From positions 3,488,001-3,552,000 of the forward strand of contig CAVTTN010000002.1 in the NCBI GenBank assembly GCA_963737655.1: a DNA stretch of 64,000 nucleotides. The letters are read 5' to 3'. Shown here piece after piece: positions 41,229 through 49,256 of the stretch (the stretch's first letter is position 1; the number at the start of each line of letters is the position of its first letter). Made by a program: the position numbers and the translations under genes. This DNA is from an uncultured Planctomycetota bacterium (lineage in GTDB: Bacteria > Planctomycetota > Planctomycetia > Isosphaerales > Isosphaeraceae). Under the pieces are notes generated by a model. That model was not told the DNA's origin. It searched no databases and saw only the letters and a program-made list of their open reading frames with translations.

Positions 41229-41268
41229 CGCGAATCTCGTGCCTCACGCCATCGGCGCGGGACTTGCC
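41229..41268. promoter_or_regulatory. divergent sigma54-like promoter pair
   Basis: Minus strand AGGCAC-GAGAT-TCGCG (41244-41229); plus strand CGGCGC-GGGAC-TTGCC (41253-41268). Confidence 0.45.
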
Positions 41269-41320
41269 CGCCTCGTCGGTCTCCGCGGTTTCTTCCCCAT
41301 CGCCCCTCGAAAGGACATCC

Positions 41321-42346
41321 ATGACCGCACCGAACATCAATCGTCGCGAGGCGATCCAGGCCGGGGCCGCCGGGATCGCCGCGGCCTCGATCGGCTCCTC
41401 GGCCGTCGCGCAGGAACCCGCCAGGACCAACGACCGAGGCATCCCGCTCCGCCCCCTGGGCAAGACCGGCGACATGGTCACCATCCTCGGCCTCGGCGGC
41501 TTCCACAGCACGTCGAAGACCGAGGACGAGAGCCTCAAGCTGATCCAGAAGGCCGTGGACGAGGGCATCACCTTCCTCGACAACGCCTGGGATTATCACG
41601 ACGGACTCGCCGAGGAACGGATGGGCAAGGCCCTCGAGCAGGGCAAGCTCCGCGACAAGGTCTTCCTGATGACCAAATGTTGCGGGAGGACCGCCAAGGA
41701 CGCCCAGTCCAACCTGGACGACAGCCTCCGCCGGCTCCGGACCGACCACCTGGACCTCTGGCAATTCCACGAGATCTGCTACGACAACGATCCCGATTGG
41801 ATTTTCGACAAGGGAGGCGCCCTCGAGTTCGCCCTCAAGGCCAAGGAGCAGGGCAAGGTCCGCCACCTGGGCTTCACCGGCCACAAGGACCCGTCGATCC
41901 ACCTGAAGATGTTGACGAAGCCCTACGACTGGGCCACCGTGCAGATGCCCCTGAACGTGATGGACGCCCACTTCCGCAGCTTCCAGAAGCAGGTCTTGCC
42001 CGAGCTCGTCAAGAGAGGGATCGGACCCATCGCGATGAAGAGCCTCGGCGGCGCCGGCCACATCGTGGACGTCGCGGGCGTCCCGGTGGAGGACGCCCTC
42101 CGCTATGTCCTGTCCCTGCCGATCAGCACCCTGGTCTCCGGGATCGACTCGACCAAGGTCCTCGAACAGAATCTCAAGATCGTCCGCGACTTCAAGCCGC
42201 TCTCGGACGCCGAGCGGACCGCCATCGAGGAAAAGACCCGCTCGCTGGCCGGAGACGGCCGGTACGAGCTCTTCAAGTCGTCGAAGATCTATGACGGCAA
42301 GGTCCACCGCGTCCAGCACGGCTTCGCCACCGAGCCGGCGGCCTGA
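41321..42346 (+). CDS. aldo/keto reductase, Tat-exported
   Basis: Motifs NRREAI, RPLGKTG, DNAWDY, VFLMTK, SLRRLRTDHLDLWQFH. Confidence 0.92.
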   Translation: MTAPNINRREAIQAGAAGIAAASIGSSAVAQEPARTNDRGIPLRPLGKTGDMVTILGLGGFHSTSKTEDESLKLIQKAVDEGITFLDNAWDYHDGLAEERMGKALEQGKLRDKVFLMTKCCGRTAKDAQSNLDDSLRRLRTDHLDLWQFHEICYDNDPDWIFDKGGALEFALKAKEQGKVRHLGFTGHKDPSIHLKMLTKPYDWATVQMPLNVMDAHFRSFQKQVLPELVKRGIGPIAMKSLGGAGHIVDVAGVPVEDALRYVLSLPISTLVSGIDSTKVLEQNLKIVRDFKPLSDAERTAIEEKTRSLAGDGRYELFKSSKIYDGKVHRVQHGFATEPAA

Positions 42347-42374
42347 GGCGATCGACGAGACCTTTCCGCAAAGA

Positions 42375-42410
42375 GGCGCCGGTTGAGAGATTTTGGTCTC
42401 AACCGGCGCC
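42375..42410. terminator. 14-bp hairpin between convergent genes
   Basis: GGCGCCGGTTGAGA / TCTCAACCGGCGCC. Confidence 0.7.
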
Positions 42411-42442
42411 GTTTGCGGACCCATGGGCGTTCCGGCAAGGGT

Positions 42443-42933
42443 TCAGGCGGTCCGGCACCTTCTTCGAGGAGGATCTGGCGGGCGCGGGCCACGTCGTTGT
42501 CAGCGGCCTGGACCGAGACGAGGATGTGGCCTCGTTCGAGGCGGCTGGAATACTCGCTGGCCTCGTCCTCGGGGATTCCGGCGCCGACCAGGCCGCCGAT
42601 CAGGCCGCCCGAGGCGGCGCCGATGGCCGCGCCGGTCAGCCCGGCGGCGAGAGGGCCACCGATCAGGACCGTGCCGATGCCCGGCAGGAGGATCGTGCTT
42701 CCCACCAGGGCGATCCCCACGAGGGCGCCCGTGGCGGCGCCCGTCAGGCCGCCCGCGGTCGCCCCTTCGGCGGCCAGGTCGTTCGACCCGGTGGTCTCGG
42801 CCAGGTCGCCCGACTCGCGGTGATCGCGCATGGCCACGCCGATCGACTCCCGGCCGAACCCGGCCGCCTGGAGCCGGTGGATCGCGTCTTCGGCCTCGCT
42901 CCTCGTCTCGAACATGCCCACAACGGTCTTCAT
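42443..42933 (-). CDS. general stress protein (YflT-like, glycine zipper); frameshift near 42455
   Basis: VVGMF..R.EAE.AI..L..AGF, glycine zipper, GIPEDEA..Y. Restoring one C gives EEGARTA*. Confidence 0.8.
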
Positions 42934-43029
42934 CGTTCGGTCCTCGCCTGGGGAGGGCCTCGCGCGGGCGAGGCCGATGTCTTGATCTCCATCAACGGTC
43001 CCGCGACCGACGATCGTGGAGGAACTCAG

Positions 43030-43046
43030 GGCAAACGTCGCGCCAA
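43030..43046 (-). promoter_or_regulatory. sigma54 promoter candidate for the stress protein gene
   Basis: TTGGCGC-GACGT-TTGCC. Confidence 0.55.
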
Positions 43047-43213
43047 GCCTTTCGGATCGACGTCAGGAATCGGTGGCGAACGCGTCGAGAATGCGAGACG
43101 GCTCGCGGGACCGAGATTCGATCACCGATCGGTAGGGACTTGCATCAGGTTGGGAATGCAGTTGCTCATGAGAACCCGTCGGGCGACATGGTCGCTCCGG
43201 CACGAGAACTGCC

Positions 43214-44317
43214 GTGCCCTCGTCCATGACGACTTCATCACCGACCACGTCGCGACGTCGTTCGAAAACCGCTCGCCAGGGCCTCTCCGCCCCGAATCTC
43301 GTGTACGTCCACGACGATCGGCCGGGCTTCGGCCGGGTCCGAAGGGCCGGAGGGTTCCGCTATGTCGATCCGGAGGGCAAGCCCCTGCGCGATCCGGGCC
43401 ACCTCGCCCGGATTCGCTCGCTGGCGATCCCGCCGGCCTGGGAGAACGTCTGGATCTGCCCCGACCCCGTCGGCCACATCCAGGCCACCGGGCGCGATCA
43501 GAAAGGGCGGAAGCAGTACCGCTATCACCCCCGATGGCGGCTCATGAAGGATGAGACCAAATACGCGAAGATGGTCCCGTTCGGCCGGGCCCTGCCGAGG
43601 ATTCGCGAGGCCGTCGAGGCCGATTTGAGCCGGCCGGGGATGCCGAGACGCAAGGTCCTGGCGACGGTCGTCCGTCTCCTCGAAGTCACCATGATCCGCG
43701 TGGGCAACGACGAATATGCCCGCGCGAACGGATCCTATGGGCTGACGACCTTGAAGGACAAGCACACGAGGATCGACGGCCCGAAGGTGCGCTTCCAGTT
43801 CCGGGGCAAGAGCGGCGTCCGCCACGTGATCGAGTTGACCGACCGCCGACTCGCCCGGGTGGTCCGCAACTGCCGGGACCTCCCCGGTCAGGAGCTGTTC
43901 CAGTACCTCGACGAGGACGGCAACGTCCGCGACGTGGGATCGGACGACGTGAACGCCTACCTCCGCGAGATCAGCGGCGAGGACTTCACCGCCAAGGACT
44001 TCCGGACCTGGGCCGGCACCGTCCTGGCCGCGATCGCGCTGCGGGAATTCGAGGCATTCGACAGCCAGGCCCAGGCGAGGAAGAACGTGGTCCGGGCGAT
44101 CGAGGCCGTGGCGAAGCGGCTGGGCAACACCCCGAGCGTCTGCCGGAAGTGCTACGTCCATCCCGAGGTCCTCGGCGCCTATCTCGACGGCTCCATGGTC
44201 GAGTCCCTCCGCCAACGGGCCGACGAGGCGATGGCCGGGCTCGCCCAGCTCAAGCCGGAAGAAGCCGCCGTGCTGGTCCTCCTCCAGAGGAGGCTCGCGA
44301 AGCTGTCGGGCTCCTGA
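43214..44317 (+). CDS. DNA topoisomerase IB (bacterial, poxvirus-like)
   Basis: Motifs IPPAW..VWI, GRKQYRYH, IRVGN, FRGKSG, AKDFRTW, LGNTP.VCRK.YVHP. The start may be ATG 43226. Confidence 0.95.
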   Translation: MPSSMTTSSPTTSRRRSKTARQGLSAPNLVYVHDDRPGFGRVRRAGGFRYVDPEGKPLRDPGHLARIRSLAIPPAWENVWICPDPVGHIQATGRDQKGRKQYRYHPRWRLMKDETKYAKMVPFGRALPRIREAVEADLSRPGMPRRKVLATVVRLLEVTMIRVGNDEYARANGSYGLTTLKDKHTRIDGPKVRFQFRGKSGVRHVIELTDRRLARVVRNCRDLPGQELFQYLDEDGNVRDVGSDDVNAYLREISGEDFTAKDFRTWAGTVLAAIALREFEAFDSQAQARKNVVRAIEAVAKRLGNTPSVCRKCYVHPEVLGAYLDGSMVESLRQRADEAMAGLAQLKPEEAAVLVLLQRRLAKLSGS

Positions 44318-44339
44318 GCGATCGAGGAGTTCGCAAGAC

Positions 44340-44411
44340 GTCGGGTGCATGAAATGCACCATCTTCCGTTCCCGAATCATGTTGAAGGGAAGATGGTGCA
44401 TTTCATGCACC
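44340..44411. repeat. GGTGCATGAAATGCACC REP dimer (target of the IS)
   Basis: GGGTGCATGAAATGCACCATCTTCC…GGAAGATGGTGCATTTCATGCACC; the terminal CTAC is displaced to 45900-45903. Confidence 0.9.
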
Positions 44412-45887
44412 CAGCCCTTTGGAGTCGTCGGCATGAGTTTGTTAAGCTGCCACCAGATACGGAGTTACCGATTCTCCGCGGAGGCGGCGGCGATGATCCT
44501 CAGCGATGTCTTCGAGCGGTTCTCCCGGGATTCTCCTCTGTCGGTCATGGCTCAGGGTGTCATGGCCAACGCCATGGACCCCCAGGCCCTCGACCAACTC
44601 TTCGAGGAGGTCGCCCGCAAGCAGTTCACCCACAAGCTCCTCTTCTCCACGGTCGTCGACCTCATGAGCGTCGTGGTCTGCCGCATCCGGCCCTCGATCC
44701 ACGCCGCCTTCCAGGCCCGAGCCGAGACCGTCGGGGCGACCATCGACGCCGTCTACGACAAGCTCGACGGCACCGAGACCGCCGTCTCCGCCGCGCTGGT
44801 CCACACGGTGGCCGCGCGGTTGGCCCCGGTCATCGAGGCGATGGGAGGCGCCCGGCCCGACTGGCTGCCCGGCTATCGCGCCCGGATCCTCGACGGCAAT
44901 CACCTCCCCGGCTCCGAGCACAGGATCAAGGAGCTGCGGGCCATGCGGGCCGCCGCCTTGCCCGGTCACTCGCTGGTCGTGCTCGACCCCCGCCTGATGT
45001 TGGCCACCGATGTCGTCCCCTGTGAAGACGGTCATGCGCAGGAGCGGTCGTTGCTCGATCAGGTCCTGGCGAAGGTCGCGGCGAAGGACCCCTGGATCGC
45101 CGACCGCAACTTCTGCACGACCGACTTCCTGTTCGGGATCGCGGGGCGCGGCGGCTCCTTCGCGATCCGACAGCACGCCTCGACCTTGCACTGGGCGTTC
45201 GTCGGCAAGCGGCGGGCCTGCGGCCGGATCGAGACCGGCCGGGTCTTCGAGCAGGCCATCCGGGCCACCGACGAGGCCGACGAGATCCTGATCCTGCGCC
45301 GGATCACCGTGCTGCTGGATCAGCCCACGCGGGACGGAGAGGCCGAGCTGCACATCCTGACCAACGTGCCGGCCCAGGACGCCCGGGCCAAGGTGATCGC
45401 CGATCTCTACCGTCGTCGCTGGACGATCGAGACCGCGTTCCAGGAGTTGGAAGCGTCGCTCGACAGCGAGGTCAACACCCTGGGCTATCCCAAGGCGGCG
45501 TTGTTCGCGTTCTGCGTGGCCCTGGTCGCGTACAACGTGCTGAGCACGGTCAAGGGGGCGTTGCGTTCGGTGCACGGCGAGGAGGTGGTGGCCGATGAGG
45601 TCTCGGGCTACTACGTGGCCGACGAGATCCGGATGACCCACCGGGGGATGATGATCGCGATTCCCGAAGACGAATGGGTGGTGTTTCACGACCTGCCCGC
45701 CGAGGAATTGGCCGAGGTCCTGGTGGGCCTGGCGCGATCGGTTTCCTTGCCGAAGCTGCGCAAGCACCGCGCGGCCCGAAGAAGCCGAAGCCCAAGAAAC
45801 AGAGCGGGGCGAAGATCAAACATGTCGCTACCGCGAAGATCCTAAAAGCTCGTCAAGCGTGTACAAAGTAATGCCTCCAAAGGGCTG
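44412..45887 (+). mobile_element. IS4-superfamily insertion sequence, 1476 bp
   Basis: TIRs CAGCCCTTTGGAG / CTCCAAAGGGCTG; 12-bp TSD ATTTCATGCACC at 44400-44411 and 45888-45899. Confidence 0.93.
44493..45871 (+). CDS. DDE transposase (IS4/DDE_Tnp_1 type); frameshift near 45767
   Basis: Motifs ILDG, IADRNF, YRRRWTIETAF. The C-terminus KH|PRGPKKPKPK…HVATAKIL continues in the next frame. Confidence 0.92.
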
Positions 45888-45899
45888 ATTTCATGCACC

Positions 45900-47555
45900 C
45901 TACAGGGCGTTGCTGGCGGCCCACCATCGCCAGCGGAAGGCGAGGTAGGTGAACCCGAAGAGCACCAGGCAGATGGGCATCGCCAGGACGAGGTAGGCGA
46001 CCCACACCGGCTGATCGATCCAGGGCAGCAGGATCGGCTTGACCGCCGGCTCGCCCGATCCTCCGGTCCACGACGACGTGGAGGCCGGATCGACGCTGAA
46101 CGCCGCCGCGAACGGGCTGACGACCGTCAGCACCGAGAGCTTCCTCTCATCCACTTTCGAGAAATTCTGGAAGAATTTGAACGTCCCCACCGGCCCGACG
46201 AACAGGAGCAGGAGGCTCATGTACGTCAGGACCATCGCCACCGAAGTCCTCCTCGAGAGCGCCGAGCAGAGCAGGCCGATCGTCGTCGTCAGGACGCAGG
46301 TCATCAGGATGATCATGAGGAAGATCAGGAGCGTCCACCACTGGCCGCGAAGCTCGGGGATCAGGGCGTACGCAAGCAATAATTGTTCGGTCAGGAGGAA
46401 CGTGAGGACCGTGGAGACCCTCAGCGACGCCACCAGCTTCGCCAGGACGATCTGCCCGGGCCGGAGCAGGGTCGTCAACAGGAGGCCCAGCGTCTGCCTC
46501 TCGCGCTCCTGGGTGATGCTCCCGGAAGAGAACACCGGTCCCACCAGCATGTTAAAGGTGACGACATAAGCCACATAGTATCCGGCGAGCTGTGGCTTGA
46601 AGAACAGGAGGAACGCCATCAGCGGGATGGACAGCAGCATGCTGACCTGGATCACCAGGCGGAGCATCAGCGTCCCCTGGGAGAAGATCTCGCTGCGGAG
46701 CTCCTTGTCGAGCACGGGGTTGGTGCCGTCGGGCATCAGGTCCGTGCGTTTGGCCGGGGCGAACAGCTTGTCGGGGAAGAGGTCGCGGTCGATCACCACG
46801 CCGATGGCGTACTTCATTTCTTGCTCTTCATCGACGACGTCCTTGCCCTCGCTGCCGACGTCCGGCGGGCGGAGCAGGCGGCGGTTCACGATGATTGCCA
46901 CCACCGTCCAGATCGTCAGGCACCACGGCGGCAGGACGGCGATCGAGACGAAGTCCCGGGCCATCGTGTTGTCGGTCCGGGTCATGTACACGCAGACCAG
47001 GGAGAGGGGCAGGATGATCAGGTAGCTGACCACCAGCGCCGAGCTCGTCCTCTGGAAGTAGCTCGAACAGGCCACGCTGATCAGGCCGAACGTCCCGGCC
47101 GCGAGGATCAGGATCAGGTAGGCGCGGGCGATCTCCGAGAGCAAGATCCCGCCCAGGAGGAAACAGAGGATCATCAGGGGAAGGCTGGAAATGATCAGCA
47201 AGACGAGATAGGTCAACGAGCTGAGCAATTTCCCGACGAGGATGGTCATCGGTTCCAGAGGGCTGGCCAAAAGCATCTCGTAGGTCTTGCGTTCCTTCTC
47301 GCCGGTGATCGTCCCGGCGGCGAACGTGGGCGCGACCATCGCCACGAGGAAGAACTGGCCGAGGAAGAACAGGTCGAAGAGGCTCTGCGCGGCGCCGGAG
47401 CTGACCTGGGTGATCCCCCCTTCCCCGCTCGGCCACGCGAGGTAAACGACCAGCCCGAGGAATGCCACGTACGCGAACTGGAGGATGAACGACCGCGACG
47501 AGCGGAGGTTCACCAGCAATTCGCGGGACAGTACGGGATTATCTTTGAGGATCAT
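45900..47555 (-). CDS. ABC-2 type permease with two tandem permease modules
   Basis: NPVLSREL/NPVLDKEL and ITGEKERKT/ITQERERQT duplicated. Confidence 0.85.
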   Translation of the reverse strand: MILKDNPVLSRELLVNLRSSRSFILQFAYVAFLGLVVYLAWPSGEGGITQVSSGAAQSLFDLFFLGQFFLVAMVAPTFAAGTITGEKERKTYEMLLASPLEPMTILVGKLLSSLTYLVLLIISSLPLMILCFLLGGILLSEIARAYLILILAAGTFGLISVACSSYFQRTSSALVVSYLIILPLSLVCVYMTRTDNTMARDFVSIAVLPPWCLTIWTVVAIIVNRRLLRPPDVGSEGKDVVDEEQEMKYAIGVVIDRDLFPDKLFAPAKRTDLMPDGTNPVLDKELRSEIFSQGTLMLRLVIQVSMLLSIPLMAFLLFFKPQLAGYYVAYVVTFNMLVGPVFSSGSITQERERQTLGLLLTTLLRPGQIVLAKLVASLRVSTVLTFLLTEQLLLAYALIPELRGQWWTLLIFLMIILMTCVLTTTIGLLCSALSRRTSVAMVLTYMSLLLLFVGPVGTFKFFQNFSKVDERKLSVLTVVSPFAAAFSVDPASTSSWTGGSGEPAVKPILLPWIDQPVWVAYLVLAMPICLVLFGFTYLAFRWRWWAASNAL

Positions 47556-47558
47556 GGG

Positions 47559-48146
47559 TCAGGTCATCCCGATCGAATGAGGCCGAGTCTTCGACGGTTT
47601 TCGACAGGCCGCGGCGACGAGGCCCAGGAGCTTCAAGAGGATCAGGACCCCCGCGCCGATCAGGATCGACCGGCCCAGGGCGATCAGGAAATAGTGGAAA
47701 GGCCGAACGGCCCGCGGGCTGAGCCGCCCCTCGGCGACGACCTTGCCGAACTTCGCCGCTTTCGACCTGGCGAGGCTTTTTGCCACCGCGTTGACGACCG
47801 CGACGTCCTCGTAGGGTCGCCCCGTCCAGCGGCGGACCATCACGATCGTCGATCCGTGCATCGGCAAGACCTCGAGCCCCCGGCCCAGTTTCAGGCCCGG
47901 AGGGAACGCCTTCAAGGCCGGGTCGAGCGCCGCCCGACCGAGGGTCTCCGAGCCGCTCGCCTCGATCCGCTCGATCGGGACCGCCCGACCCATGTTCACC
48001 CACGCCACGGGAGGGACCGGCCGCATCGAGTCCCACTCGAACGAGGCGAGGACCGCCGCCACGGCCGCCGTCGCGATCATCAGCGACCCGACCGAGATCG
48101 ACCCGGAGAGCCAGCCTGGGCGTTGTCGGTGAGTACTTCGAATCAT
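47559..48146 (-). CDS. hypothetical membrane protein
   Basis: N- and C-terminal hydrophobic segments; fills the gap within the operon. Confidence 0.55.
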   Translation of the reverse strand: MIRSTHRQRPGWLSGSISVGSLMIATAAVAAVLASFEWDSMRPVPPVAWVNMGRAVPIERIEASGSETLGRAALDPALKAFPPGLKLGRGLEVLPMHGSTIVMVRRWTGRPYEDVAVVNAVAKSLARSKAAKFGKVVAEGRLSPRAVRPFHYFLIALGRSILIGAGVLILLKLLGLVAAACRKPSKTRPHSIGMT

Positions 48147-48280
48147 GCTCGATTCCCCGTCCGGCCGCGAATCCAGGGCGAAGCCCATCGTCCCATCAAC
48201 GATTTCCGGCTCGAAATCGAGGCTCAGGATCCCAGCAGCCTCATGAAGGACCGCGTTGGCCCCGACCCGCGGTCCTCGCG

Positions 48281-49210
48281 TCAGTTCACGATCCCCTTGG
48301 TGATCATCATGAACACTTCTTCCAGGCTCAATTCCTCTTCCGCGAACGAGTGGACGCCCACGCCGGAGCCGATCAGGCGGTTGAGCAACCGGGCCAGGTC
48401 GCCTTCCTCGCCCTCGTATTCGCAGGTCAGGGTGTGATCGAACGATTCGATCGACCGGCATTCCGGCTGCTCGCGGAGGATCGAGGCGGCGTGGTCGGTC
48501 GAGGGGTCCGTCACGCGCACCTTCAACACCCGGTGTTGCCGGAGCTTGCGGGTGATCTCGGTGATGCTGCCGGCGGCGAGCAGTTTCCCCCGTTCGATGA
48601 TGCCGATCATGGTGCAGAAGTCGGCGAGCTCGGAGAGGATGTGGCTGGAGACGAGGATCGTCTTGCCCATCCCCTTCAGCTCGTTCAAGAGGGCCTTCAT
48701 CTCGAGGCGGGCGCGGGGGTCCAGGCCGCTCGCCGGCTCGTCCAGGATCAGCACGGGCGGGTCGTGGACGAGGGTCTTGGCCAGGCAGAGCCTCTGCTTC
48801 ATGCCCTTGGACAGGCCGTTGACGTAGTCGTCCCGCTTGTGGGTCAAATCGAGCAATTCGAGGACCTGGGTGATGATCTGCTTGCGGTGCCCCCGGGGGA
48901 TCTGGTAGGCCACGGCGAAGAAGTCGAGGAATTCCCAGACCTTCATGCCGTCATACACGCCGAAGTCATCCGGCATGAAGCCGATGACCTTGCGGACGGC
49001 CATCGGGTCATCCACGACGGAATGGCCGCAGATGAACCCCTGGCCGGAGGTCGGCCGGAGTAAGGTCGCGAGGAAGCGGATGGTCGTGCTCTTGCCGGCG
49101 CCGTTGGGGCCGATGAAGCCGAAAATCTCTCCCTGGCCGATGGAGAAGCTCAGGTCGTCCACGGCCACGAAGTCGCCGTAGCGCTTGGTGAAGTTCCTCA
49201 CCTCGATCAT
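48281..49210 (-). CDS. ABC transporter ATP-binding protein (ABC-2/GldA-like)
   Basis: Motifs GPNGAGKST, LSKGMKQR, LDEPASGLDP, SSHILSEL. Confidence 0.93.
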   Translation of the reverse strand: MIEVRNFTKRYGDFVAVDDLSFSIGQGEIFGFIGPNGAGKSTTIRFLATLLRPTSGQGFICGHSVVDDPMAVRKVIGFMPDDFGVYDGMKVWEFLDFFAVAYQIPRGHRKQIITQVLELLDLTHKRDDYVNGLSKGMKQRLCLAKTLVHDPPVLILDEPASGLDPRARLEMKALLNELKGMGKTILVSSHILSELADFCTMIGIIERGKLLAAGSITEITRKLRQHRVLKVRVTDPSTDHAASILREQPECRSIESFDHTLTCEYEGEEGDLARLLNRLIGSGVGVHSFAEEELSLEEVFMMITKGIVN

Positions 49211-49256
49211 GGCCGGGCGGCCTCCGGGCTCGTCGGATTCGGGGCGATGGGGCGGA

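Noticed and set aside
45760..45775. Programmed frameshift in the transposase
   Set aside because: No slippery heptamer, it lies near the C-terminus, and it has the same signature as the other indel errors.
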